Below, in pieces: positions 19,788 to 30,250 of a stretch of DNA of 64,000 bases. A program made the translations under genes and the position numbers. The stretch's first letter is position 1; each line of letters opens with the position of its first letter. Below the pieces are notes generated by a model. It made no database searches. It saw only the letters and a list, made by a program, of their open reading frames with translations, and was not told the DNA's origin. Origin of the DNA: Patescibacteria group bacterium (GTDB lineage Bacteria; Patescibacteriota; Patescibacteriia; UBA9934). Location: assembly GCA_041666145.1 (NCBI GenBank), contig JBAYHK010000005.1, positions 8,921 through 72,920 of the forward strand, given 5' to 3'.

Positions 19788-21339
19788 AATTCAACCAACT
19801 CTCAACAAATTCAATTGCAACTTTCAGTGGAGCTTCAATAATAAAGTCAAAGAAATAAATGAAGACATTAATCTTCGCAACACGAATGGATAACCACGAA
19901 CCTGCACGAACAATAGGCAGCATGAGAACATCAAAAATTGTTCCTATAAAACCATTTCGCGCATCTGATGCAACAATATCTTTTGTTGAAGAACGGATAC
20001 GAATGCCAAAAAACGTCACCAGAGAAAGGAAGAAGAGAAAGAGCGCAATAGAAAGCCCATGGAATCCAAGGCTATGCAAAACTGCACCAATGATTCCGTA
20101 AACTCCTAAGAATAATATCGCGTACAAAACACCAAAAACACTGAACCAAGTATTCCTCGAATCACGACGTACACGAACGGAAAGTAATACATGCGGAGCG
20201 CCAACTGCGATCGCCCTTGCTGTAGCAATATAGTCTTCGACATTCTTTTTCTCTGGAATGGAAACCGTCAAGCCAATTAATGCCAAAAAGATTGGGTGGA
20301 AAGTGATATTCACCAAGAGCGGATACCAAGATGCCTCTTGCGCAATAAAAAGATCATAAGGAACTTCAATAATCAACGCGAGCAACATCTTTGTAAGAAA
20401 GAGAAACATTACAGCACGAACAACAGTCCTACGAAGACGAACATTAAAATCCTTAGTTCTTTCATGAAGCGCACCCCTTATTGCATCGTCAAGTGCTGTG
20501 GGATCTGTTACAAGAGGCGTGTGATCTTTCGCGGTCACAAATGCATCACGAAGCACCCTAAATATGCCAGCCTTTCTACGAAGCACGCGCCCGAGACGAT
20601 CCGTAAGCGGATGGAAAAGCTCCTCTTCGATGGTTGAGATGACAGGAACAATATTCGAAGCAAGCTCATCAATTAGCCTCTGGTCCGCCTGCACGCCAGC
20701 CCAAGTTGGATAGTAAAGCGTCAATAATCGATAACGTAACGTTGCGGCATTGCTCTTAAGAAGTGTTCGATGAATCGCTATATAAAGCCGAAGATCTTTC
20801 TTCTCTTCTGTAAGATCAAACTTTGGATCCCAATCAATTCGACTCCGCATTTCCTCGTACATGAAACTTGCAAGCGCCTCGTCACTTGCCGGTGGTGCTA
20901 GTGCGTATTCCACCTCTGTCGCGACAACATCAAGCAACCAAGTGGTCAGCTCTTCACGCTTTGTCTTCACGCTCATTACCGCAGAAAAAAGCGGTTCGTA
21001 CTTTGATAAAATTATTGCAATCTTCGGCCCGAGAGAAAGCGGAATACTTTTATTTGGCAAGTACTTTGCCCAAACTAATTCCTTCAACAGGTCCGCAGCC
21101 ATCTGCTCTGGAGAGTCTCCACTCCCTCGATATCTTCGCAACATTCGCTCAATCGCGTTTCTTCGCAAAAGATGCTCCTCTTGATAGTCCAAAGTATTCC
21201 GAACTTTTTCATAAAATGAAGCAGCGGTAGATGCCGGCACGCTTACTTCAATTGTTTCTTCACCAGCGCCTGCTTCAACAGGGGCGTCATAGTGTCGAAC
21301 TCCTGCAGCTAATTTTGCTAATCGTTCGTACATAAACAA
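19759..21339 (-). CDS. Hypothetical membrane protein (N-terminal soluble domain, C-terminal polytopic region)
   Basis: 526-aa ORF. Hydrophobic helices concentrated in the last ~200 aa. No family recognised. Confidence 0.4.
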   Translation of the reverse strand: MFMYERLAKLAAGVRHYDAPVEAGAGEETIEVSVPASTAASFYEKVRNTLDYQEEHLLRRNAIERMLRRYRGSGDSPEQMAADLLKELVWAKYLPNKSIPLSLGPKIAIILSKYEPLFSAVMSVKTKREELTTWLLDVVATEVEYALAPPASDEALASFMYEEMRSRIDWDPKFDLTEEKKDLRLYIAIHRTLLKSNAATLRYRLLTLYYPTWAGVQADQRLIDELASNIVPVISTIEEELFHPLTDRLGRVLRRKAGIFRVLRDAFVTAKDHTPLVTDPTALDDAIRGALHERTKDFNVRLRRTVVRAVMFLFLTKMLLALIIEVPYDLFIAQEASWYPLLVNITFHPIFLALIGLTVSIPEKKNVEDYIATARAIAVGAPHVLLSVRVRRDSRNTWFSVFGVLYAILFLGVYGIIGAVLHSLGFHGLSIALFLFFLSLVTFFGIRIRSSTKDIVASDARNGFIGTIFDVLMLPIVRAGSWLSIRVAKINVFIYFFDFIIEAPLKVAIEFVESWLNFVREKKEEI

Positions 21340-21340
21340 A

Positions 21341-22084
21341 CTAAAAAAGTTCTCGTTCTGGAGATTGCGACACTATCGCATACGCATCCTTGGCCGACTC
21401 TACCACAGCCACAATTTTTATGTCGTTCGCATCAATCGCGTCTTGCGTACCGTAGACTGCCGTCTCTAACCACTCAATAAGCGGTGTCCAATGTTCTTTT
21501 CCTACTAAAACTATTGGCATTCGTGCTGACTTCCCAGTTTGGATGAGAGTAATAAGTTCGAAAAGTTCATCTAAAGTGCCAAACCCACCCGGGAAAAAAA
21601 CATAAGCCTGCGCAGCAGCTGCAAGCATGACTTTCCGAGTAAAGAAATAATAAAAACCGTGAGAAAGAGAAGTGTAAGGATTGAGACGCTGTTCGTGCGG
21701 AAGCTGAATATTCAAGCCAACCGACGGCGCGCCAACTTCAAATGCCCCCCTATTCGCCGCCTCCATAATGCCAGGCCCTCCGCCAGTAATAACAGTGAAG
21801 CCACTCTTACCTAACATCTGTCCAAGCGTATAGGCCTCCTTGTACCAATGACTGCTCGGATGCGCTCTTGCTGAACCGAAAATCGATATTTCGTGCTCAA
21901 CACGAGTGAGAAGTTCAAACCCTTCAACCAGCTCCGCCATTACACGAAATACACGCCAAGAAATCTCAGATGCATGAAGAGTCATCCCACCTTGACGGCA
22001 TGCGGCACGCTCTTCTTCATTCAAAGGAAAACGATATGATCCAGAAGTTTTTTTTGACAAAGTTTTTCCACGAAACAATCCCAT
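21341..22084 (-). CDS. LOG-family (TIGR00730) Rossmann-fold nucleotide-binding protein
   Basis: SIFGSARAH...VITGGGPGIMEAANRGA...FPGGFGTLDELFE signatures. Confidence 0.85.
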   Translation of the reverse strand: MGLFRGKTLSKKTSGSYRFPLNEEERAACRQGGMTLHASEISWRVFRVMAELVEGFELLTRVEHEISIFGSARAHPSSHWYKEAYTLGQMLGKSGFTVITGGGPGIMEAANRGAFEVGAPSVGLNIQLPHEQRLNPYTSLSHGFYYFFTRKVMLAAAAQAYVFFPGGFGTLDELFELITLIQTGKSARMPIVLVGKEHWTPLIEWLETAVYGTQDAIDANDIKIVAVVESAKDAYAIVSQSPERELF

Positions 22085-22092
22085 AGATGTGA

Positions 22093-23322
22093 CTATTGTA
22101 TCATCCCCTCCTTACGCAAAACGCATCGAAGGTCAACGATCAATGATCCTTTCATGCTTGAAAGAATCTGTTCCCGATTCATTGAAGAAAACTCTGGCCA
22201 ATTCGTCATGATCACTAAAGCATCAGCGTCGCTAACCGCATCGAGCATGCCACGAGCAATTTCTACTCGAGAAAAATCCGAAGAAAGCGAGCGAACAAGA
22301 GGATCAAACGCAATAATATTTGCATCTGCAGCTAAGCACTGTCGAAGAAGTTCTAAGGCCGGCGCATCACGAACATCATCAGTCCCTGGCTTAAAAGCCA
22401 AACCCCAAACCGCGATTCGCTTCCCTGCCAGCGAACCCAATTCTTGTTCTAGCATGCGATAAGACAAAGATTGACGCTCGGTGTTTACCAAGGTTGTTGC
22501 CTGCAGAATCTTTAAAGGCGTCCCGACAGAATCACCGAGATGCATAAGCGCTCGAACATCTTTCGGAAAACAACTTCCACCATATCCAGGACCTGGCTCT
22601 AAAAACTTCGAACCAATTCTGTCATCAAGTCCCATTCCTTTTGCAACAATACGAGCATCTGCACCAACAACGTCGCATAACCCAGCTATCTCATTAATAA
22701 AACTTATCTTTGTAGCTAAGAAACTATTACTCGCATACTTAATCATTTCCGCTGTAACGGTATCCGTAACAACAATCGGCGCATCGACATCTTTATAAAT
22801 TTCTTTTACCGTCGCCGAATCCTCACCGCTATCTGCGCCAAGAACAATCCTCGATGGATGCAAACCGTCATATACCGCATTTCCTTCGCGCAAAAACTCT
22901 GGATTTGCAACAACTCTCAATCTTCCATTCACAAATTCAGTAATCAATCGACTTGTTCCAGGTGGAACTGTCGACTTTAAAACAAATACGTTATTCGGTG
23001 CTACTTCTGCGCATGTTAACGCAGCAGATTTTACAAAAGACAAATCTGCAGAGCCGTCTGCGGCACTCGGAGTTCCAACACAACAAAAGACAATGTCGCA
23101 TGTACACGCCAATGAAAGATCCGTCGTAAAGATCACTGGAGTCGATGCAGAACAAAAAACTTCCAGCATCCCTTGTTCAAAAAAAGGCAAACCTCCTTGT
23201 TGCAGAATTTCAATCTTCTTCTCATTCAGGTCTGCACAGGTTACAGAGAAACCCCGAGCCGCAAAACTCGCCGCAGTTGCAAGTCCAACGTATCCCGCTC
23301 CGAGAATGCCGATTGTTTTCAT
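22093..23322 (-). CDS. Nucleotide-sugar dehydrogenase (UDP-glucose/GDP-mannose dehydrogenase family)
   Basis: IGILGAGYVGLATA NAD-binding N-terminus, GGSCFPKD catalytic Cys motif. Confidence 0.85.
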   Translation of the reverse strand: MKTIGILGAGYVGLATAASFAARGFSVTCADLNEKKIEILQQGGLPFFEQGMLEVFCSASTPVIFTTDLSLACTCDIVFCCVGTPSAADGSADLSFVKSAALTCAEVAPNNVFVLKSTVPPGTSRLITEFVNGRLRVVANPEFLREGNAVYDGLHPSRIVLGADSGEDSATVKEIYKDVDAPIVVTDTVTAEMIKYASNSFLATKISFINEIAGLCDVVGADARIVAKGMGLDDRIGSKFLEPGPGYGGSCFPKDVRALMHLGDSVGTPLKILQATTLVNTERQSLSYRMLEQELGSLAGKRIAVWGLAFKPGTDDVRDAPALELLRQCLAADANIIAFDPLVRSLSSDFSRVEIARGMLDAVSDADALVIMTNWPEFSSMNREQILSSMKGSLIVDLRCVLRKEGMIQ

Positions 23323-23334
23323 ACAAGAAGTATT

Positions 23335-23874
23335 TTACTCATCCGTATCTGCGAATGCACCTTGTGCAGCAATATTTCCAGAAGGAGTAGAAACACCGTC
23401 ATTCGGTTCCACCATAACAACAACATTTGGATATTCAACTGGACATTGAACAGAAAAAACTTTCGCGAATGTTCCATCTGCTCGAGTCTCGAGAACTCCT
23501 GCAGACTGCACATCTGCCAATCCGTCTTTCACCATCCAAACTTCATACGAAGTATTTAGCGCTAATGCCGGAAGATGAAGTACTACATTATATTCAGCGT
23601 TCTCTTCACTCCCACGCCTATACACCACGCCAGCCAACGCACCGTCAATTCCTGTAATCGACGCACTTCCGTCCAAAACCACCGGTGAAGAAAGAGTTAC
23701 AACATCTAATGTTTCCGCTTGTGTTGCTACGGCTTTTTCATTACTTGTTCGGAACCATCCAATGAGCCGAAATACGAGAAATCCACCCAATCCAACAACA
23801 ATCAAACAAAGAATGACGCTTCCGATCCCGCCTCTCGATCTGGATCCTCGATGTTTATAACTTTGATGCATCAT
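23335..23874 (-). CDS. Membrane-anchored hypothetical protein (possible anti-sigma-K RskA-like C-terminal domain)
   Basis: Single TM after a basic N-terminus. 4-nt overlap with upstream malic enzyme gene. Family assignment is a weak recollection only. Confidence 0.35.
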   Translation of the reverse strand: MMHQSYKHRGSRSRGGIGSVILCLIVVGLGGFLVFRLIGWFRTSNEKAVATQAETLDVVTLSSPVVLDGSASITGIDGALAGVVYRRGSEENAEYNVVLHLPALALNTSYEVWMVKDGLADVQSAGVLETRADGTFAKVFSVQCPVEYPNVVVMVEPNDGVSTPSGNIAAQGAFADTDE

Positions 23875-25019
23875 ACGGATTCAATTGCATTTGCAATAAC
23901 CTCTGCCGGATTAACCTCGACGATTCTTGGAATAATACACTCAGCAATCGGAGCAGAGACCATTCCTGCAAGCGCAGTTGCTGCCGCAATCTTCATTTCA
24001 CTTGTTAACTTACTTGCTCGACGATTCAAAAGACCACGAAAAAGACCTGGATACACTAGAACATTATTGATCTGATTTGGATAATCAGAACGTCCAGTCG
24101 CGATCACTGCCGCACCGGCGGCTTTTGCATCTTCAGCCTCAATTTCTGGTACTGGATTTGCAAGGGCGAAAACGATTGGGTTCTTTGCCATGCTCCGCAC
24201 CATGTCTTGAGTCACAAGATGTGGCCGACTAACGCCAATAAATACATCAGCACCGGTCATGGCATCTGCAAGGCCGCCTTCGATGCTTTTCGCATTCGTC
24301 ATGGATGAAAGTTGCAGCTTCTCTCCGGACAAATCTGTTCGATGTTTGCCAACGATTCCTTTCGAGTCTAGAAGAACGACGTTTGCAACGCCTGAATCGA
24401 TAAGAAGCCGAGTTATTGCAACGCCAGCAGCGCCGGCGCCATTCACAACCACAGACAATGACGACAATTCACGACCAACAACTTTTGCCGCATTCATCAA
24501 GCCAGCAAGCACAACAATCGCCGTTGCATGCTGGTCGTCATGCATGACCGGAATATCTAAAAGCTCAATAAGCCGTTTTTCTACGTCAAAACATATTGGC
24601 GCAGCAATGTCTTCCAAATGGATTCCACCAAATGTTGGAGCAATCATTCGTACCGCCTCAACAATGTCGTCTGCGTTTTGACTTGCAAGCACAATTGGAA
24701 CTGCGTCGATATTCGCGTACTTTTTGTAAAGCACTGCCTTGCCTTCCATGACTGGCAGTCCTGCTTCTGGGCCAATATTTCCCAAACCAAGAACGGAAGA
24801 ACCGTCAGAAACAACTGCGACAGTTCGGCCCTTCATGGTCATGTCGTAAGCAAGACTCTTGTCTTTCGCAATCGCTAAACACGGCGCTGCAACTCCCGGC
24901 GTGTACGCAATACTCAAATCATCTTGCGTTTCAAGCGACATAAGGCTTGTTATCGCCCATTTTCCTGCATGCTTTTTATGTTCCTCAATAGAACGTTCTG
25001 CGTAATTGTGTGATGCCAT
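23871..25019 (-). CDS. NAD(P)-dependent malic enzyme (short form)
   Basis: SIAYTPGVA...VAVVSDGSSVLGLGNIGPEAGLPVMEGKAVLYK...NGAGAAGVA signatures. Confidence 0.9.
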   Translation of the reverse strand: MASHNYAERSIEEHKKHAGKWAITSLMSLETQDDLSIAYTPGVAAPCLAIAKDKSLAYDMTMKGRTVAVVSDGSSVLGLGNIGPEAGLPVMEGKAVLYKKYANIDAVPIVLASQNADDIVEAVRMIAPTFGGIHLEDIAAPICFDVEKRLIELLDIPVMHDDQHATAIVVLAGLMNAAKVVGRELSSLSVVVNGAGAAGVAITRLLIDSGVANVVLLDSKGIVGKHRTDLSGEKLQLSSMTNAKSIEGGLADAMTGADVFIGVSRPHLVTQDMVRSMAKNPIVFALANPVPEIEAEDAKAAGAAVIATGRSDYPNQINNVLVYPGLFRGLLNRRASKLTSEMKIAAATALAGMVSAPIAECIIPRIVEVNPAEVIANAIESV

Positions 25020-25028
25020 AGAAGAAAA

Positions 25029-27218
25029 CTAGTAGTCACCTAAAAATGATTTCGGAGATTCTTTTCTTGTTACCGTTTCGCCCATGTCGTCGAGTACGAT
25101 TGTGGGTCCATCCTCATCTTCCCACGATTGCTTCTTCACCGCACGTGATTGATATACTCCGCCACCATATGAAGATTGACTCCACTGTGGCATCTGCCGC
25201 CTTAACCGCACATTTTCTATCATTCCCAAAGGAATCTCTTGAATAAAAGGCGACGGTTCTCGAACGTCGATTGAATCAAATCCAGTAACCAGCGGATACG
25301 TCAAAAAAAGTTTTGACTTGGCTCGTGTTACAGCAACATAAAAAAGTCGACGCTCTTCTTCCAGTCCACCATGCTCACCCATACTCCGGTCACTAGGAAA
25401 CATTCCGCCGGCACAATGCAATACAAACACCGCATCCCATTCCAGTCCCTTTGCCTGATGGATCGTCGACAGAATAAGCTTTTCTTCTCCGCTTCCACTA
25501 TCAGCTTCATGCGAAGTGTCATCCATGCGCCCGCCAAAGTCTCCAGTCAATGTCATTGCATCTAAAAATTCACCAAGATCTTTGTACTGTTCTGCAAATA
25601 CAGACAATTGCTCAAGATCATCTAATCTGTCTCGGTAATTCGGATACTCAGATTCTAAATACATTCGATACGATTCGTGAGAAGCAAAGGAACGAACTGC
25701 ACTAGCAGGAATCGGCGCAGCAAACATTGCTCGCAGAATGTTCGACGTATGACGGAATCCTTCTGCTGCACGAGCGCCAATATTCAACGGAGAATCCAAG
25801 GCTTCCTGTGCAGACTCAAACTGTGCCATGTGTTCTGCAATCTTCTGGCTTGTTGTTAAACCCAACCCTGGTTGAATCTGTAAGGCGCGCAGCCAAGCAA
25901 CCACATCGCGACCGTTTCGAAGCAGCCGAAGGTGAGAAACGGCGTCCTTAATATGTGCCCGTTCAAAAAATTTCATTCCGCCACGATATTCATACGGAAT
26001 CGAGCGCTTCATCAACTCGAATTCCACAGCTTGCGAATGAAATGCTGCACGGAAAAGAACGGCAATATTCTTCAATGGACATCCTTCATCTATCAACCCC
26101 AAAATCTGCTCAACAACATATTGGCCCTCTTCTCGCGCGTCATTCGCCGGAACCACAAATGGCTTTTCACCAGACAATCTTGCAGAGAACAATTCTTTTT
26201 CAAACTGGTCTGTATTATTCGCAATCACCGCGTTTGCAACATTCAAGATTTCTGGCGTTGACCGATAGTTTGTTACCAATCGAAAGGTTCGAGCGTCAGA
26301 GTATCGTTTTGGAAAATCAAGAATGTTTCGAATCTCTGCCGCACGAAATGAGTAAATACTTTGCGCGTCGTCACCAACCACTAAGACGTTCCGATGAACA
26401 CCAGCGAGAAGATCAACAATATCTGACTGAATAATGTTCGTATCTTGGAACTCATCCACCAAAATATATTGAAATCGATTCGCAAGCTGTTCTCGAACCG
26501 CGTGATTGTTTTGAAGTAAAAGTAAAAGTTGCAAAAGTAAATCATCAAAATCCATGCTTCGCGCTGTTCGCTTTGCAGAAGCGTATCGCTCTGCAACCAT
26601 GCTAATCTCCGGGAAAATTGCCCCGAAATGATTCGCTCTCTCTTCAACAACACTCTTCAGCGGAATTCGCGCATTCTCACTATATGAAATCAAACCTCGC
26701 AGCACATTCACACTCGGAAAGCGTTTTCCTTTCGTGTCGATGCGCAATTCTTTAATGCACAATTTCATCATGTCGTTCGCGTCGTCTTCATCCAAAATAG
26801 AAAAGTCATTTCCAAATCCCGTCTGCGATCCATACATGCGAAGAATTCTGTTTGCGATTGAATGAAATGTTCCAGACCACAATCCGCTTGGATATGCCCG
26901 CAACAATCCCTCAACTCGCACCATCATTTCCTTTGCTGCTTTGTTCGTAAACGTCAAAAGCAATATTCTGTCTGTTGGCACACCGTGCTCGAGCAACCAT
27001 GCAACTCGGTATGTAATAGTCCTTGTTTTTCCGCTCCCCGCCCCTGCAAGAACCAACGTTGGTCCTCCTGAGCTCGATACCGCGCAAAACTGCTCTTCAT
27101 TGAGTTCGTTTTTATAATCAATATGTAAATTTGGTGACAGTTGATTCGCAGATAAAACAAAATCTTTCATACTGTCCGTAGTGTAATAGATGAACGTCGA
27201 TACAAGAAATAAACTCAA
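25029..27218 (-). CDS. uvrD: UvrD/PcrA-family SF1 DNA helicase
   Basis: LVLAGAGSGKTRTITYRVAWLL (motif I), VDEFQDTN (motif II), 729 aa. Confidence 0.9.
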   Translation of the reverse strand: MSLFLVSTFIYYTTDSMKDFVLSANQLSPNLHIDYKNELNEEQFCAVSSSGGPTLVLAGAGSGKTRTITYRVAWLLEHGVPTDRILLLTFTNKAAKEMMVRVEGLLRAYPSGLWSGTFHSIANRILRMYGSQTGFGNDFSILDEDDANDMMKLCIKELRIDTKGKRFPSVNVLRGLISYSENARIPLKSVVEERANHFGAIFPEISMVAERYASAKRTARSMDFDDLLLQLLLLLQNNHAVREQLANRFQYILVDEFQDTNIIQSDIVDLLAGVHRNVLVVGDDAQSIYSFRAAEIRNILDFPKRYSDARTFRLVTNYRSTPEILNVANAVIANNTDQFEKELFSARLSGEKPFVVPANDAREEGQYVVEQILGLIDEGCPLKNIAVLFRAAFHSQAVEFELMKRSIPYEYRGGMKFFERAHIKDAVSHLRLLRNGRDVVAWLRALQIQPGLGLTTSQKIAEHMAQFESAQEALDSPLNIGARAAEGFRHTSNILRAMFAAPIPASAVRSFASHESYRMYLESEYPNYRDRLDDLEQLSVFAEQYKDLGEFLDAMTLTGDFGGRMDDTSHEADSGSGEEKLILSTIHQAKGLEWDAVFVLHCAGGMFPSDRSMGEHGGLEEERRLFYVAVTRAKSKLFLTYPLVTGFDSIDVREPSPFIQEIPLGMIENVRLRRQMPQWSQSSYGGGVYQSRAVKKQSWEDEDGPTIVLDDMGETVTRKESPKSFLGDY

Positions 27219-27220
27219 AC

Positions 27221-27245
27221 GCCGGGGAAGCTACCCCGGCGTCGC
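27221..27245 (-). terminator. Intrinsic terminator for the 27250..27885 gene
   Basis: cgccgggg-aagcta-ccccggcg. The minus-strand read is followed by tttgagtttatttctt. Confidence 0.55.
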
Positions 27246-27249
27246 GTGA

Positions 27250-27885
27250 CTACCTAGTCGATTTTGTAAGCGGTAGAAGAGCACGAACAAAATCGTCTAA
27301 CGACAGAGCCCTGTGGATTTCTTTTTCGAACTCGAATGTGATCCATCCATCAGAAGACACCTTGGCACATTTCCAGTCAGACAACCCGCCCTCACGGCTA
27401 GGCGTATTCACATTGAACCTTGCCCCATGGGAATACGTTGAGGTGTGTACATGAAGAACAAAAGTTCTCGGCTTCTTTTTTGCTCCAGGCTCTTCCCTTC
27501 TCGTTTTCTGGAATCGCTCTACAGAAACCAGGCGCCCTTCAGTGAGCACAACAATGAACACCTTTTCCGAAAATGGATTCCAGTCAGTGGCCCTGGAAAT
27601 AACCAGCAACGTGGAAGCGGAGAATATCAGAGCGCATGTCGAGCCAAGAATTTCGTAGCTCATCCAACCCGTAACCACGGAAGCGCCAAGAAAAACAACC
27701 GCGAACAGTGCCGCAAAACAGTGTTCGACCCGACTACGAGAAAGGTCCTCTTTGTCGATACGAAGAATCTGAGCCCGCGCATCACCAGGATTCCTGCCGT
27801 GACTATCCATCAGATCACCTCCTTGAAATACTGCAGTTATCACAACAAACCCCCGGAGAGTAACAGACTTCAAATCATCAAACAA
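27250..27885 (-). CDS. Hypothetical membrane protein (two TM helices then a possible bacterial PH-like domain)
   Basis: Hydrophobic hairpin HCFAALFAVVFLGASVVTGW...ALIFSASTLLVIS. It lies in a stretch that looks GC-richer than its surroundings and has its own terminator. Confidence 0.35.
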   Translation of the reverse strand: MFDDLKSVTLRGFVVITAVFQGGDLMDSHGRNPGDARAQILRIDKEDLSRSRVEHCFAALFAVVFLGASVVTGWMSYEILGSTCALIFSASTLLVISRATDWNPFSEKVFIVVLTEGRLVSVERFQKTRREEPGAKKKPRTFVLHVHTSTYSHGARFNVNTPSREGGLSDWKCAKVSSDGWITFEFEKEIHRALSLDDFVRALLPLTKSTR

Positions 27886-27966
27886 GAATGAAAGAAAAAT
27901 TGACCACGAACAAAATCTCCGCTAATCTTCGCCCCGGACATTCCAGTCCTCAACCCTTGGAGCGTC

Positions 27967-28533
27967 ATGCTCATACTTCCACCCTACTCTTTCCTCCCCC
28001 CGGGACTCATCGAGTGCGAGAGACCGGAAAATCTTCATCTCAAAATTGTTCCGTCGAAACACCTCATTTTCGGAAGATGCGGACATAAGTTCAGCGTGTC
28101 TGGCAGCTCCACTCTCGTAATAGACGGAACCGTTGAAAAAGTCGCAGACACTGCAAGTCTCTGCAAACCAACGTCAATGAACTCCGTACGACTTCTAAGA
28201 AGCCGTTGGCTCCTGAGAAACCTTCTCTTTTCGACGAGCCTACATCGTTGCGACGAATGCAGAAGAAGAGAGGAACTCGACTCGACCATCATATGCCCCA
28301 TGTGCATGGGAACGATCCCGCCACGTTTTCTGTGCAGGATAGAGAAGGAGGGATCTGTACGTTCGATGCTTGGAGAACGGCAAGATCGCATTCAACATGC
28401 AACAAAGGTCATGAGCGCAGAAGATGAACAAACGGAAATCATCGTCTGCGAAAGTTGCGGACGTCGCAGAGGATCCAGTACGACGCTCTTTCGCTGGAGC
28501 GGCAAATACGTCATTCCGTTTACTGATCAATGA
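27967..28533 (+). CDS. Hypothetical Cys-rich protein (three CxxC pairs)
   Basis: GGAG 6 nt upstream of ATG 27967. CDEC...CPMC...CESC spacing suggests zinc binding. It competes with antisense ORFs 28035..28391 and 28240..28530, so the coding strand is uncertain. Confidence 0.3.
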   Translation: MLILPPYSFLPPGLIECERPENLHLKIVPSKHLIFGRCGHKFSVSGSSTLVIDGTVEKVADTASLCKPTSMNSVRLLRSRWLLRNLLFSTSLHRCDECRRREELDSTIICPMCMGTIPPRFLCRIEKEGSVRSMLGERQDRIQHATKVMSAEDEQTEIIVCESCGRRRGSSTTLFRWSGKYVIPFTDQ

Positions 28534-28586
28534 CCAAGCAGAAAAAACGCACGGCTCCGCTCTACGAGAGTGGGGCCGTGATGTGT

Positions 28587-28832
28587 TTAAGAAATGATAA
28601 GGAATTCTTTTTCGTACTTCTGCAACTTCTTTATTTCTATTTCTCTTTTTCTCGCGTCACCTTCTGATTCCTTTTCTTCATGCCAAACAAGAGTCACCGG
28701 CAGCCTCGCCCTTGTGTATTTCGCGCCTTTTCCGGTGTTGTGCGCAACAATTCGCTTACAGATATCTGTCGAAATTCCTGTATACAACGTTCCATCAGCA
28801 CAACGAAGGATGTAAACATTCCATGTTGGCAT
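28587..28832 (-). CDS. GIY-YIG nuclease-domain protein (YhbQ/UPF0213-like)
   Basis: WNVYILRCADGTLYTGISTDICKRIVAHNTGKGAKYT, an 81-aa single-domain GIY-YIG. Confidence 0.8.
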   Translation of the reverse strand: MPTWNVYILRCADGTLYTGISTDICKRIVAHNTGKGAKYTRARLPVTLVWHEEKESEGDARKREIEIKKLQKYEKEFLIIS

Positions 28833-28837
28833 AAATG

Positions 28838-29413
28838 TTATTGCAACTGAATATCATGACTCCGAATCGCCCGTCGTCGCTTGACGTAATCTGGAATTGT
28901 TCTTGCGACAAGATTCCAAAACTTTGCAGAATGATTCATCTGTCCTAAATGACAAAGCTCATGAACAATGATGTAGTCGGAAAGATGTGAAGGCAGAAGC
29001 GCGATCTTGTAATTAAAATTCAAATTCCCTTTTCCCGAACAACTCCCCCATCTGGTTCGCTGATTACGAATCGCGATACGGTTCCACGAGAAACCGTAAA
29101 TCTGATTAAAATATTCGAGCCGTTCATTTACAAGTCGCAATGCATTCCTTTTATCTTCCGCGACTTCTTTCGCTGTTCGTTTCGGTGCCACCGGCTTTGC
29201 ATGTTTCTTCGCAAAAGAAATCTTCGCTAAAATCCAATCCGCTTTTTGCGCAATTGTCTGTTCAATCATGCGTTTCGGAAGCAACACCGGCGCCGTTACC
29301 ACAAGCTTCCCGTCTGCATGAACCGCAAACCTCAGCACCCGAGAAAAGCGCTTACGGCGAAGAATGTAAGGAATATTTTGAAAACTACGCAATTCCTCCT
29401 GCGGCTTTTGCAT
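28838..29413 (-). CDS. DUF45/YgjP-like zinc metallopeptidase (M48-like)
   Basis: HELCHLGQMNHSAKFW HExxH motif near the C-terminus. Size and layout are DUF45-like. Confidence 0.75.
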   Translation of the reverse strand: MQKPQEELRSFQNIPYILRRKRFSRVLRFAVHADGKLVVTAPVLLPKRMIEQTIAQKADWILAKISFAKKHAKPVAPKRTAKEVAEDKRNALRLVNERLEYFNQIYGFSWNRIAIRNQRTRWGSCSGKGNLNFNYKIALLPSHLSDYIIVHELCHLGQMNHSAKFWNLVARTIPDYVKRRRAIRSHDIQLQ

Positions 29414-30116
29414 ACTGACAATACACGCAGTCATCTGCTGCCTTCGGAGTTTTACTTGACTGCAAACACGTTCGCATCTTCATCAATGTTTCTGCAATCC
29501 AATCATCATTGCCAGTATACGGAAGAACCTTCACATCAAATTCAATCTTTCCATCAAACGCTGCAACATCTTGTCTGCCATTGCAGTACACAAAATAGCC
29601 AGTCGACAAAACAACAAATCCCATTCTCCGCAAAATCCATTGATAGATTTCCATTTGCCGCTTGTAACTCATTTGCCAATCAGCATCCAAAGTTACCTCA
29701 CTACTTTTACTGGTCGCCTTATAATCCACCACAATAATCTCGCCATTTGGCGCGACCCAAAGATCGTCTACTGCACCGGTGACCAAGAAGTTAGACGGTT
29801 CATCCACCACCTGACACCCAACAAAATTCTCTCTCCACCGATCCATCTCCTCATGCGCAAACGGAATGGCATTAATCCCATATTCCCTCATCAACGGATG
29901 CGCCGTCCCCGCTACCCGATGCACATCAAATTCCTTCTTCAACAACAAATCGACCGTCTTATTGATGTTAAACGGCGGCCCACTTGGCCTTCTAATCCCT
30001 AACCGTCGATCAAGATAAAAACATCGTGGGCATTTTACAAAGTCTTCGATTTTAGAACGTGAAACTTTGTATGGGGATTTTGATGCGGGATCGTAGAGGT
30101 TGCGGGTGCGGGACAT
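29385..30116 (-). CDS. PD-(D/E)XK nuclease with N- and C-terminal Cys clusters (Cas4/RecB-nuclease-like)
   Basis: DDLWV...IIVVDYKAT (D-x(n)-D/E-x-K arrangement), CPRC near the N-terminus and C...CVYC at the C-terminus. Confidence 0.55.
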   Translation of the reverse strand: MSRTRNLYDPASKSPYKVSRSKIEDFVKCPRCFYLDRRLGIRRPSGPPFNINKTVDLLLKKEFDVHRVAGTAHPLMREYGINAIPFAHEEMDRWRENFVGCQVVDEPSNFLVTGAVDDLWVAPNGEIIVVDYKATSKSSEVTLDADWQMSYKRQMEIYQWILRRMGFVVLSTGYFVYCNGRQDVAAFDGKIEFDVKVLPYTGNDDWIAETLMKMRTCLQSSKTPKAADDCVYCQYAKAAGGIA

Positions 30117-30250
30117 ATTTTTTTACTCAAAATCTTTCAATATAACACCTTCTTAAGTTTTTCATTCCATCTTCTTTTAGCAATTCCGTCTCAACACACT
30201 ACTGTCAGTGAGAATAAGAAAAAACGCCTTCGAGTGTATAGAAATGTTCG

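Noticed and set aside
28035-28530. Minus-strand ORFs 28035..28391 and 28240..28530 as genes
   Set aside because: They are mutually overlapping and antisense to the 27967..28533 ORF, which has a proper SD. They are kept only as a caveat that the coding strand in this islet is uncertain.
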